From positions 1-64,000 of IMG/VR virus record IMGVR_UViG_3300036770_005682: DNA of 64,000 bases; one strand, 5' to 3'. Below are positions 19,370 through 28,832 of the stretch, one piece after another. The first letter of the stretch is position 1, and each line of letters begins with the position of its first letter. The DNA is from a virus. The notes below the pieces were generated by a model. The model searched no databases. It was not told the origin of the DNA and worked only from the letters and a program-made list of their open reading frames with translations. The position numbers were made by a program, and so were the translations under genes.

Positions 19370-19504
19370 AAGCAGCAGAAAACCCGCCCATCGCGAACAG
19401 GCGGGTACTGAGGGGATAAGCCTCGCTGCCACGGAGTGGACTGCTCTCCGCTAGATATTGACCACCTGCCTTCCTTGTCCACAGATAAGGATTGCGCGCT
19501 GCTT
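19370..19504 (-). ncRNA. Candidate structured small RNA
   Basis: Intergenic; -10-like TAATCT upstream; four hairpins, complementary loops GTGGAC/GTCCAC, terminator-like last hairpin. Confidence 0.45.
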
Positions 19505-19549
19505 AAAGATTACCAAACGCAGTTTGTATTTGGTGTAAATGTTTCGGTG

Positions 19550-19852
19550 CTATTCTTCCCATCCATGCTTTGCAAGCCCAAGCTCAAAAGCCAACGCTGG
19601 GTAGCGACCAATTCTGTCGTGGCACGGCCTGCATACTGATAAAAGATTATCTTCATCCAAAATTGAGCCACCTTGTGAGCGACGCTTTAATTCGTGTATG
19701 TCGACACTTTTGTTTCTTGTGTATATGGCCTTGCCATCATGCTCTGCAAAAACTGGGCATGCTTCGCAGTGTGGACGCTGTTCAAGCAATCTTGCGACAA
19801 GTGGACGCCTTAGGCGGTATTCCGCCTCTTTCTTTTTTGAACGGTGACGCAT
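19550..19852 (-). CDS. HNH endonuclease
   Basis: CEAC...DIHE...RSQGG....NL..VCRPCH. Confidence 0.85.
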   Translation of the reverse strand: MRHRSKKKEAEYRLRRPLVARLLEQRPHCEACPVFAEHDGKAIYTRNKSVDIHELKRRSQGGSILDEDNLLSVCRPCHDRIGRYPALAFELGLAKHGWEE

Positions 19853-19854
19853 CA

Positions 19855-20334
19855 CTACATAGTAATGCCGTCGAACTCCCACTTGCCATCAAGGGTTGCC
19901 CACAAAGCCTCGTCTGCGGCTGATGGCTCCATATCGAATTCTTCCATCAGGCGCTTGTGTTGGAGAATGGCTTTCTCAAACATTTCACTGCGCGACACAA
20001 ATTCTGCCGTATCGGGCATGGCCTGAACACGCTCAAGCTTGGCTTGGACATAATGTTTGAAGCGCTCCACTTTGTGTCGGCGCGACCCGTATGTTGCTAT
20101 TGCTTCTGCGAGTAAAGCGGCCCCTGCAGACCCCATACGCTCATAGCGCTCCCTGTCGGCATCCTCGTCGTCAAGCAAATCTGAAATTTGGTCTTCCAGG
20201 TTGTCGATAAGGGCAGATAGCGCCTTCTTCCAACGCTCCCTGTTTGCTGGCATTTCCAGGTACTCACGCTGGCTGAGTGTTGCTTTGTTTTTTACCTCAT
20301 CGGCGACAATACGTGCAAATGTGTCGTCATTCAT
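19855..20334 (-). CDS. Hypothetical helical protein
   Basis: Likely start MNDDTF at 20334, just after the stop of the upstream nuclease. Confidence 0.6.
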   Translation of the reverse strand: MNDDTFARIVADEVKNKATLSQREYLEMPANRERWKKALSALIDNLEDQISDLLDDEDADRERYERMGSAGAALLAEAIATYGSRRHKVERFKHYVQAKLERVQAMPDTAEFVSRSEMFEKAILQHKRLMEEFDMEPSAADEALWATLDGKWEFDGITM

Positions 20335-20335
20335 T

Positions 20336-21109
20336 TCAGTTCCAATACGAGCAAAGCCCTTGTTTGAATATGCACCAGTTGCATAGTGCTGATGGTTTTG
20401 TTTCCCAATCGTTGTTTGCATGGCAGGTTTCTATTTCCCTTCTTACTGTTACGACAGTTTCTTTTACTGCTTCTATTTCCGCCCGAGTAGGCGTGTGGGT
20501 TAAGCGAGCTCCGTCTTTTAGGTATAAAAGCTCTAGCTCGAAATTATCTACACCAAGCGACTTTTCCAACATTGCGGCATACAAAGTCAGCTGAAAAAAT
20601 TTGTCACTTGCATAACGCGGATTTGGTGTCTTGCCTGTTTTGTAGTCGGTTATTTTGGCAGTGTCAAGCTTTTCACGCTGCCAGCGGTCAATAAACCCCT
20701 TGATAACAACACCATCGATGTCGTCGTTTAGTTCATACTCGACACCATCGGGTTGTATTGCCGTGGGGTCCTCCATGTCAAAAAGGTTCTCGACACACCA
20801 CCAGCACGACCAGCGAAATTCATTTAAGGTTGTTTTGCCAAGATATGGCTTGACCTTAGATTCCCATTCACCGGACTCCCAAATGGACGTACACAGAGAG
20901 CGGGCTGTTGATACATTTCGGTCTTCGGGCTTGTAGTCAGCATACATGCGCTCGAGAACCTCATGGACAAAATTACCCATCAGTGTGTGAATTGTCGGCG
21001 GTTCTGAATGGCCATCCACGCGAGACAGTTTGAATTTCATCGGGCATTGCTGAAATGTTGAGATTGATGACGCCGAAAGATGCTTCGGCAATGTGCCTGG
21101 CTCACTCAT
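20336..21109 (-). CDS. PD-(D/E)XK exonuclease (RecB/Cas4-like, probable Fe-S)
   Basis: HLSASSI..FQQCP, G.FVH..LE, GFIDR, ITDYKTGK, QL.LYA, C-terminal CNWC...C. Confidence 0.88.
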   Translation of the reverse strand: MSEPGTLPKHLSASSISTFQQCPMKFKLSRVDGHSEPPTIHTLMGNFVHEVLERMYADYKPEDRNVSTARSLCTSIWESGEWESKVKPYLGKTTLNEFRWSCWWCVENLFDMEDPTAIQPDGVEYELNDDIDGVVIKGFIDRWQREKLDTAKITDYKTGKTPNPRYASDKFFQLTLYAAMLEKSLGVDNFELELLYLKDGARLTHTPTRAEIEAVKETVVTVRREIETCHANNDWETKPSALCNWCIFKQGLCSYWN

Positions 21110-21758
21110 CGTTGTTATCTGCTGCCTCAAAAGAAATCTTAACTATTGCAGCAATCAACTCATCGAGGTCATCGTGTGTAGCGGTTGATTTCGTCGGCTT
21201 TGCGCGGCCGCCAGCGTAAGCATCCCAATGGGTGTTCAGCTTTGCCTTTTGGTCTGCATTGAGGGACTTCACAAGTCCTATGAAGTTGTCCCACTTTTGC
21301 ATCAACTCAGAATCGCTTTCAACAGATTGGGATGCAGCAATAAATTCTTCAATCTCGATTGCTTCTTCCGAGCGAGATAGGTACAAACCAACGCCAAGTG
21401 TCTGCGCAGCTTTTTTGAGTGCATCGGATACCGCGCCCTTGAACTCGTCACCAAGGTCGACAATGTCGCCCTGCTTTGTGCGCTTAATCTTTTGCCCGCC
21501 AAATCCGTCACGCGAAATCCATCCGACATTTTCACTCGTGTGCCATGTGATGCGAACGTGGGCAACAATGTAGTCGGGGTCGCGTGAATCACGCTGGCAT
21601 GACACAATGTCGAAAGACCACTTGTCAACACCAAGAACCTTGTTCAGACGTGTGATTACCTCGCTGACGGGGATGTAGGTAAGGTTTGCCCCACCCTTAC
21701 GAAGTTCCCGCTCCATTTCTGGCGGGAATGGTGCTGATAGGTCGCTGTACAGCGTCAC
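21102..21758 (-). CDS. Rad52/Rad22-family ssDNA annealing protein (Sak-like)
   Basis: LTYIP...V..RLN.VLG...W, KGAVSDALKKAA..LGVGLYL. Confidence 0.85.
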   Translation of the reverse strand: MTLYSDLSAPFPPEMERELRKGGANLTYIPVSEVITRLNKVLGVDKWSFDIVSCQRDSRDPDYIVAHVRITWHTSENVGWISRDGFGGQKIKRTKQGDIVDLGDEFKGAVSDALKKAAQTLGVGLYLSRSEEAIEIEEFIAASQSVESDSELMQKWDNFIGLVKSLNADQKAKLNTHWDAYAGGRAKPTKSTATHDDLDELIAAIVKISFEAADNNDE

Positions 21759-22270
21759 TTTGCTCTCCTGACAATAATGCTTTCTTTGGATTCGGATACG
21801 TCACAGAATTTATCGGCGTTAATGCCAATTTTGGCAAGCTCTTTTACGCGCCAGTACGAGGGGGCGCAATAATCAAGCATCTTGACCATCATGTCCTGCG
21901 GGGTCATTACGACTTCGCCTGTTTCAAGGTCTACAGCCATGTCACTAATGCGGCTGGCCACATTCTGGGCGATGTTTTCATGCTGCCACTTTTTACGGTC
22001 GGCGGCAGCACGCTTTTCAATCTTTGTGCCGTCGCTCAAAACCATTTCCGGAACAGAGTCCATTGCCTTGCTCAGCGACGAGCAGGCGCTGTCGTAAACA
22101 ATCGACACATCTGCCTTAACCGCATGGAGCGCAGAAACATATTCGGCGATGACAGACATATCCGCACCACTCTCTGAGAGCTCGTGTGTCATTAAGTCTG
22201 CTGCCGAAATCATCTTACGGATGTCGTCGACAATGGAACGCCAGTTTGGCGCATTCCCTTCTTGTGTCAT
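21755..22270 (-). CDS. Hypothetical protein
   Basis: 171 aa with AGGAG RBS, overlapping the Rad52-like gene. Confidence 0.65.
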   Translation of the reverse strand: MTQEGNAPNWRSIVDDIRKMISAADLMTHELSESGADMSVIAEYVSALHAVKADVSIVYDSACSSLSKAMDSVPEMVLSDGTKIEKRAAADRKKWQHENIAQNVASRISDMAVDLETGEVVMTPQDMMVKMLDYCAPSYWRVKELAKIGINADKFCDVSESKESIIVRRAK

Positions 22271-22303
22271 ATTCTCCTACTTACTTAGTTGATAGGGGTT
22301 GGT

Positions 22304-23614
22304 TTAGATGAGTATAGCGACAGGTCTTCTCTGTGGCAAGCCCAAACCTGCCAAATATGTAAAAGCTCCCACTGCAGAGTCAACCTGGTCGTCATGGTCG
22401 CAAGCCTCAGGAAATGAAGAAAATTCATCCAGCCAATCTGTTACCCAGCTTGAGCGCACAACGCGTACGTTGCCATTCGCGACTGCAGCAGCGAACGGGC
22501 GGGCACGTGTGAATTTATCACCGGTAGAACGAATTCCTTGAAAGTCGTACCCAGGGACAACATAGCGAGCATATTGGTCAACAAGGGCCTTCCCGGAGGA
22601 GCCCGGCTCTTGCTCCATCCGTATTGCTACGGTGAGTCCGTCTTCGGCGGCTGTTTGAGCAATTAGCTGTTCTACTTTTTCATTCTTAACGCGGGCTCTT
22701 TTCACATCGAGCACATACGCTATGCCTTGGTCAAACAACATCAACGTCCCAACTGTCCAGTCGGGGTTGGGATTGGAGTGGCTGGGCTCTGTCGCCGCCA
22801 AGTCCCAAAAACGTACAGCCCTAGCGGCAGATGTGACCTGCGGCACTTCGTGGTGGTCAATGATTGGAAAGTCAGTTCTGTCAAACAACGTACCTAGGGT
22901 GGTTGCCCACCAGTCACCCATTTCCAACCTACGCCTCTCAATAGGGTCAAGGGCTGAAAGAGCCATGCGGTAAGAGTCGGCATCGATACCGGGGTTGTCT
23001 GTAAGCATGGATGGTACGAATATCCGACCAGTTTCCTGCCCCTCCACGATAAAGCGCTGTCTTACCCAGTTGGGCGCTGGGTTGGATGCTGCCCGCATTC
23101 GCAGGGGGACTTTGGCTAATTCTCCGCTAGCTGGGCGGCGGAGACGAGAGAAGAGGTATCTGTAGTCAGACTCCCTGATTTCCGTGACTTCGTCCATCCC
23201 TATAAATTGGAATTCGGAGCCCTTGTAGCGTAAATAGTCATTTGTATTGTTCAAGTATCCAAACGATATTCTGGCAGTAGATGGGAATGTTGCAACATAG
23301 CTATTCGCATTCCAGTGAATATCGTCGTAGTTAGAAATCCAAGATTTAAAACGGTCCATCAAAGCGCCAGGCAGCGACAGGTCGGCAAATGTGCGCCTGA
23401 AGAGAATCGCTGAATAACCGGGAACGTCAACATATTGCAAAGCCGCCATAAGAAGGGCGGAGCTTTTACCACCACCAGCCGCACCGCCAAATAGAGCCTC
23501 TAGCGACATTGTCCTTAAAAATACCTTCTGAGTCAATGAAGGCTCTTCTGGACAAAAGACAGGAGGTTTAGGCTGCAGATATTCGAGTACTTCGTTCCAG
23601 TTAGTCACACACAT
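22304..23614 (-). CDS. terL: Terminase large subunit
   Basis: Walker A GGAAGGGKS, Walker B IGMDE, ASNP motif, RNase H-like WDLA...D.TVG and HDDQVD. Confidence 0.93.
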   Translation of the reverse strand: MCVTNWNEVLEYLQPKPPVFCPEEPSLTQKVFLRTMSLEALFGGAAGGGKSSALLMAALQYVDVPGYSAILFRRTFADLSLPGALMDRFKSWISNYDDIHWNANSYVATFPSTARISFGYLNNTNDYLRYKGSEFQFIGMDEVTEIRESDYRYLFSRLRRPASGELAKVPLRMRAASNPAPNWVRQRFIVEGQETGRIFVPSMLTDNPGIDADSYRMALSALDPIERRRLEMGDWWATTLGTLFDRTDFPIIDHHEVPQVTSAARAVRFWDLAATEPSHSNPNPDWTVGTLMLFDQGIAYVLDVKRARVKNEKVEQLIAQTAAEDGLTVAIRMEQEPGSSGKALVDQYARYVVPGYDFQGIRSTGDKFTRARPFAAAVANGNVRVVRSSWVTDWLDEFSSFPEACDHDDQVDSAVGAFTYLAGLGLPQRRPVAILI

Positions 23615-23678
23615 ATCCTACATTGATGCATGCTGTGACTAGTATAGGAATATCCGCGCCGAAAGAGAGTAATCAAGA

Positions 23679-23870
23679 GTGAATAAACTCCGGGCTTTAT
23701 TGCGAAAAACTGCTGGCCTACGCCTAACAAGGGGTGCAACTGCCAATTTAATGATGGCGTCATTTATAATTATGACATCGATTGGCGCATTTTACATTGA
23801 CACTTCCGTTGGTTTCATTACCCTCGGTGTGTCATGTGGGTTGTTGGGTCTGCTTTTGGGTCTAGAGTAA
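23679..23870 (+). CDS. Small membrane protein upstream of portal
   Basis: 63 aa with two hydrophobic segments; position typical of HK97-type head modules. Confidence 0.55.
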   Translation: MNKLRALLRKTAGLRLTRGATANLMMASFIIMTSIGAFYIDTSVGFITLGVSCGLLGLLLGLE

Positions 23871-23881
23871 ATTAGGTAAAT

Positions 23882-26167
23882 ATGGCATGGAACTCCGGTA
23901 GCAATAAAGCTTTACAATCCGGCTCTCAAAAATCTATTTTAACACCTGGAGCGCCAGTGGCGTTCAATACTGGCATTGCTGGGAAACCTTACAGGGACTC
24001 ATGGGACATTGAGCGCGCCTATCGCGAAGGCATGTCGAAGGTCACCTGGGTTACCAGGTGTATTGACGCTATCGCCGGCAACCAAGCAAGATTGCCGGTA
24101 ATTCTCAGGCAAGACAATTCACCATCCGGGAAAATAGTTACTGACAATAAGAACAACTCAATATTGGATATTTTGAACACAAAGTCCAATATGGGTGAAA
24201 ACTCTTTCGTTTTCCGCTATAGGCTTTCTTCGCAGCTACTCCTCTCTTCGCGCGGAGCATTTATTGAAAAGGTTCGCGGCAGGGATGGTTCCGTGGTGGC
24301 ACTGCAACTTTTGCCCCCACAGCACACTGCCCCAATCCCGGACCCCAAAAGGTTCGTTGCTGGCTTTGAAGTCGACATGAGGAACGGAACCAAGATAGTT
24401 CTCCCGCCTAAAGATGTCATTTGGATTAGGAAGCCTCACCCGCTAGACCCGTACCTTTCGCTCACTCCGCTCGAGTCTGCTGGTATCGCTGTTGAAATAG
24501 AAAACCTATCGAAGATTTACAACAGAAACTTTTTGCTCAACGACGGTCGCCCGGGCGGAATGATTGTTGTTCGTGGCGAAATAGACGATGACGACAAAGA
24601 CGAGCTACGAGCGCGCTTTCGTGGAAACATCAACCGTGCTGGCGCAATCACTGTTGTTTCTTCGGATGAAGGCGTTGATTACGTAGATACTGGTGCCAGC
24701 CCAAGGGATGCCAACTACATCCAAATGAGGCAGATAACCAAAGAAGAGATTCTTGCTGCATTCGGTGTTCCGGAATCTGTAATCGGCAACGCTTCCGGCA
24801 GGACATTTTCTAATGCAGGGGAAGAACATCGCGTTTTCTGGAACGAAACCCTACTCCCCCATTTGGAACTAATCGCCAGAGGTCTGGACGAGCTTGACCC
24901 GGATTACTACATCGACTTTGATACTTCAGATGTACCTATTCTTATTCTGTACAAGCAGGAGAGAGAGCGGTACTTGCTGGATGAGTTCCAAAACGGCCTC
25001 ATCAGCGGCAACGAATACAGAGCCGAGACTGGACGGAAAAGGGTTGACTCTGACCTCATGCAGGCAATGCTTGCTAATCCGAACCTAACTCCGATTGGCT
25101 ATACAGACAGAAGGTTTGACTCACAAGAGCAAGCCCAACAGCAAGCCGCGATGATGGGTGGGCAGCCTGGAATGCCGGGCGTTGCAGCAGCGGGGATGAT
25201 GCCTGCAGCACCACCGGACCAGGGTGGCGGAGCAGAACAACCGACACCTCCGGAGATGGGCTCGATACCCGCACAGGTAATTAATCTTGATGCCGGTCAG
25301 CCGCAGGAAGGAATGACGGCCACGCTTAATGCAGAGGCAGCACAGCAGGTTGCGCCGACTATGGCATCGCCCAGTGCGTTGTCCGCGTTCGACGCAGAAA
25401 TGCAAGTTAAGTCCGATTTCATAAGAAACGAATGGGAAGTAAAAGCAGACCAGTCTGCCGATACGTGGACAGAAATATTGGATAGGACTCTGGAGCGATT
25501 CTTTGAGCGCCAGCAGCGTGTTGTTTTGGAAAAAACACTTGGGGCAAAATCACGAAAAGCGATAGACGCCGGAAGTCTTGATGTTGACTCTGTATATGAC
25601 ATAGCAGTTTGGAACAAGCAAATAGAAGATGATGTCCGACCTGTTGTTTCCGGGATTATAAAAGACGCTTCACAAATAGCATCTGAGCAAACCGGCATAC
25701 CTGTCGACATGGATGAAGAAGAAATAAAGAGCATGATTGATGCCCAGATGGAGCGCATCAAGAAAACCAACAACACAACAAAAGATGAAATAGCCTCAGC
25801 AATACTTATAGCTCTGGCTCTTTCGGATGATGAAGACCGCGCCGGAATGCTAAAAGCAGCGCTGTCTGCGATATTCATTAACCTCTTGGCAAAGCGCAAG
25901 CGTGCAATAGCCGAGCATGAAGCACAGAGCGCCTACAACGGCGGTACATACTTTGGCGCGCGTCAATCTGGAGCAACATCAAAGACCTGGGTAACACGAA
26001 AAGATGCCAAGGTTCGGGGAGAGCATAAGCTTCTTGAAAATAAAACAGTGGGCCTAATTGATGATTTCCAAATCGGACCTGAAACACTACGTTTTCCGGG
26101 CGACCCACTTGCTCCACCTCATTTGACGATGAATTGTCGCTGCAAGCTTCGATTCAGCACTAGTTAA
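23882..26167 (+). CDS. HK97-family portal protein fused to MuF-like head morphogenesis domain
   Basis: CID.IA...A.LP, PL..A, N.G.PGG, EIL.AFGVP..VIG portal motifs; C-terminal KTW.T..D..VR..H...FPGDP...NCRC. Confidence 0.9.
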   Translation: MAWNSGSNKALQSGSQKSILTPGAPVAFNTGIAGKPYRDSWDIERAYREGMSKVTWVTRCIDAIAGNQARLPVILRQDNSPSGKIVTDNKNNSILDILNTKSNMGENSFVFRYRLSSQLLLSSRGAFIEKVRGRDGSVVALQLLPPQHTAPIPDPKRFVAGFEVDMRNGTKIVLPPKDVIWIRKPHPLDPYLSLTPLESAGIAVEIENLSKIYNRNFLLNDGRPGGMIVVRGEIDDDDKDELRARFRGNINRAGAITVVSSDEGVDYVDTGASPRDANYIQMRQITKEEILAAFGVPESVIGNASGRTFSNAGEEHRVFWNETLLPHLELIARGLDELDPDYYIDFDTSDVPILILYKQERERYLLDEFQNGLISGNEYRAETGRKRVDSDLMQAMLANPNLTPIGYTDRRFDSQEQAQQQAAMMGGQPGMPGVAAAGMMPAAPPDQGGGAEQPTPPEMGSIPAQVINLDAGQPQEGMTATLNAEAAQQVAPTMASPSALSAFDAEMQVKSDFIRNEWEVKADQSADTWTEILDRTLERFFERQQRVVLEKTLGAKSRKAIDAGSLDVDSVYDIAVWNKQIEDDVRPVVSGIIKDASQIASEQTGIPVDMDEEEIKSMIDAQMERIKKTNNTTKDEIASAILIALALSDDEDRAGMLKAALSAIFINLLAKRKRAIAEHEAQSAYNGGTYFGARQSGATSKTWVTRKDAKVRGEHKLLENKTVGLIDDFQIGPETLRFPGDPLAPPHLTMNCRCKLRFSTS

Positions 26168-26254
26168 CAACTTGCATTAAAGTCGATAATTTCTGCTGCC
26201 AGCATCAGCTATTGAGGCATTATTATTTACTATGACGCTCTAGAAAGGCACCAA

Positions 26255-28624
26255 ATGCACTTCAGCAACTTTACTGAAAGTAGAGACTTTACTGAAACTA
26301 ACTACAAATCCCTGTCTGGACAAATAAATGTCAATGAAGCCAAGGGCATTGTGGAATGTTTCGTTGCTGCAATAGGCAACAAGGACAGCGTCGGAGACAT
26401 CTGTCTTCCTGGCTGCTTCACAGAGAGCCTTAAGAGACGTAAACCACGTGTTGTCTGGGGACACAACTGGAACGAGCCAATCGGAAAGGTGTTGGAAATA
26501 TACGAAGTCGGCCCAAGCGACCCACGACTGCCAGCAAAAATGAAAGAAAGGGGCGTTGGCGGACTATTCGCCAAAGTCCAGTTCAATCTTGGCGCAGAGA
26601 AAGGTCGTGAGGCTTTTGCAAATGTTGCGTTCTTCGGCTTGGAGCAGGAGTGGTCAATTGGCTACAAGACCCTAGATGCGGTTTTTGATGGTGGCCAGCA
26701 AGCCAATCTTCTGAAAGAAGTTGAACTTTACGAGGTGTCTCCTGTTCTGCACGGCGCAAACCAGCTGACAGCGACATTGTCAATCAAATCTGAAAACCAG
26801 ACAGACAGCTCTTATGGTGAAAAATCTTCATCCAAACCGCTAAAAGACCCTGATGGCGGACTTACTGCTGCTGGAAGAGCGCACTTCAAGCGCACAGAGG
26901 GAGCAAACCTGAAACCGGGGGTAAAGGGGCCAGCGGATACGCCGGAGAAAATGCGGCGCAAGGGTTCGTTCTTGACAAGGTTCTTCACCAACCCGTCTGG
27001 GCCAATGAAAGATGAAAAGGGAAAACCAACAAGACTCGCCCTATCCGCAGCAGCATGGGGTGAGCCGGTACCCCAGGACAGGTCGGACGCAGCTGCTCTT
27101 GCCGCAAAGGGACGACGCCTTCTTGAAAGGTATGAAAATTCAAAGGAAAAATCCCTAGATTCCGACACTGAATCGAAGAACCATTCGATTATTTACTCCC
27201 CACAGGGTTCTGGTGTCTCTAATCCGGCATCAGGCAGGATGGGCGGCCTCGCCAGAAGCATTGGCATGCATTTCGGCGGAGAGGTTGTAATTAGAAGTGC
27301 TGACGAAAACATGGTCATCTTTGACATAACCAAAGATGGTGTTTCCGAGACCATGCGGGCCGGTTACCACACCCCCAATGAAATAGATTTCATGTTCGGG
27401 CCAGCAACGAGGGTTCGTCAAGAGGTTGTATACATACCGGTTGAAGGCTCGTCTGGTAGTCGCGTTTCCGGTATTGAGCTTCCTGCAAAGGCTGGCGGGT
27501 GCGGGTGTGGCGGTGCTTGCGGTGGCGCTAAATCAGAGCGCCAGTGCGGCGGCTCGTGCGGCGGCTCCTGCTCCATGAATCAAATAAAATCATGGAGTGA
27601 CTATAAGTCAGAAAACCCTGGCGTTCATTTATTCATAAAGACTGCCAGTATAGAAATGTATGAAGCCGCACAGGAAATCGGCTTCCATCATGGTTTTGAT
27701 GTCGAACTCCTGTCGGATGGATTTGCTATTCCAAATATTGACTGGTACGGCAGCGACGCCTCCGACGCTGTCATCACCGCAATGGATGGCATCGAAGAAA
27801 AATTCGAATTTGGTAGACGGGCACGTTCGGCCTCCAGAAAGCCGGGGAGAATGATGAAGCCGGCAAAATTCGACGGCGACAGCGATGGCTTCAGAACAGG
27901 ACCTGACGGCAGGGATAATATTCCATACCTCCCCAGAATGCCAGAGACCGAAGAGCCAATCGAGCTCCCAGATGAGATTCCGGTACCAGAACCAACCAGA
28001 GTGCCAAAACCGAACCCCGACAGGACCCCATCTAGGCCAAACCCGATACCGGCACCATCGCGGCCGGTTCCACAACGACCTGGCGTACCTTCTGGCGGGA
28101 GAAGAGGTATTGAGCCAAGGATGCCGGAAACAGAAGAGCCGATTGAGCTTCCTGATGAAATTCCAGTACCAGAGCCGACCAGGGTTCCGAAACCCAATCC
28201 GGACAGGACTCCTTCTAGGCCGAACCCGATACCTGCCCCTTCCAGGCCAGTACCACAACGCCCTGGTATTCCAACAGGAGAGCAGCGGCGAGAAGAAATC
28301 CGCAGGCAAATGATGGAGGCACTCCGCCGTCAGCGCATGGCCTCAAGAGGTAAGTCAGACTCCTTTTCCGCATACGTAACAGTGTCAGAGGACTACGACA
28401 TCAATGTGAAGACAGCCCGCAATACGGACACTAGAGAGATAGACACAATGGTGCTTGAGATGCCGGCGGAGATGCTGTTCGATTTCAAGTCTCTTATTGA
28501 CCCCGTAGCGGACTATTACCGAATTAGTGTAGTCGCTGTGGACTCTGGACTGAAAATTTATGACGCCTCAAAGCTGACAGTGGATGCACTGGATGCTATG
28601 GGTTCAGTCATAAGAAACTGGTGA
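26255..28624 (+). CDS. HK97-type prohead protease with long multi-module C-terminal extension
   Basis: GN.DSVGD...PG.F, W.HNW..PIG, WSIGY, L.EV.LYEVSPVL.GAN; then GGLT.AGR..F domain, Cys/Gly patch and Pro-rich duplication. Confidence 0.88.
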   Translation: MHFSNFTESRDFTETNYKSLSGQINVNEAKGIVECFVAAIGNKDSVGDICLPGCFTESLKRRKPRVVWGHNWNEPIGKVLEIYEVGPSDPRLPAKMKERGVGGLFAKVQFNLGAEKGREAFANVAFFGLEQEWSIGYKTLDAVFDGGQQANLLKEVELYEVSPVLHGANQLTATLSIKSENQTDSSYGEKSSSKPLKDPDGGLTAAGRAHFKRTEGANLKPGVKGPADTPEKMRRKGSFLTRFFTNPSGPMKDEKGKPTRLALSAAAWGEPVPQDRSDAAALAAKGRRLLERYENSKEKSLDSDTESKNHSIIYSPQGSGVSNPASGRMGGLARSIGMHFGGEVVIRSADENMVIFDITKDGVSETMRAGYHTPNEIDFMFGPATRVRQEVVYIPVEGSSGSRVSGIELPAKAGGCGCGGACGGAKSERQCGGSCGGSCSMNQIKSWSDYKSENPGVHLFIKTASIEMYEAAQEIGFHHGFDVELLSDGFAIPNIDWYGSDASDAVITAMDGIEEKFEFGRRARSASRKPGRMMKPAKFDGDSDGFRTGPDGRDNIPYLPRMPETEEPIELPDEIPVPEPTRVPKPNPDRTPSRPNPIPAPSRPVPQRPGVPSGGRRGIEPRMPETEEPIELPDEIPVPEPTRVPKPNPDRTPSRPNPIPAPSRPVPQRPGIPTGEQRREEIRRQMMEALRRQRMASRGKSDSFSAYVTVSEDYDINVKTARNTDTREIDTMVLEMPAEMLFDFKSLIDPVADYYRISVVAVDSGLKIYDASKLTVDALDAMGSVIRNW
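27932..28267 (+). repeat. Direct repeat of a 51-aa Pro-rich unit (period 183 nt)
   Basis: Copies at 27932-28084 and 28115-28267 encode identical peptides. Confidence 0.95.
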
Positions 28625-28628
28625 CAAA

Positions 28629-28832
28629 GTGTCGTCTCGATTCTCTCGTCCCAAGAAGAACGTCAGCCAGAATAAGCCGCAAATAGGTTATTCTAAACCT
28701 GTAGACAATCAAAAAAAATCGTACAAGTATCACTGCATGGTAACGGGCGATAAGCGTGCTTTCCCATGTGGAGGATGCGTCAACCCTAAAGGTTGTTTAT
28801 CAAATTCGATGCAGTACAAGGAGACAAAGTAA
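28629..28832 (+). CDS. Small Cys-rich (possible Zn-binding) protein
   Basis: C-x10-C-x2-C-x5-C; stop overlaps the next ATG (TAATG). Confidence 0.55.
   Translation: MSSRFSRPKKNVSQNKPQIGYSKPVDNQKKSYKYHCMVTGDKRAFPCGGCVNPKGCLSNSMQYKETK

Noticed and set aside
20336-21109. Cas4-like nuclease as evidence of a CRISPR-Cas system
   Set aside because: No array or other cas genes were seen; beside a Rad52-like annealase it is best read as a recombination exonuclease.
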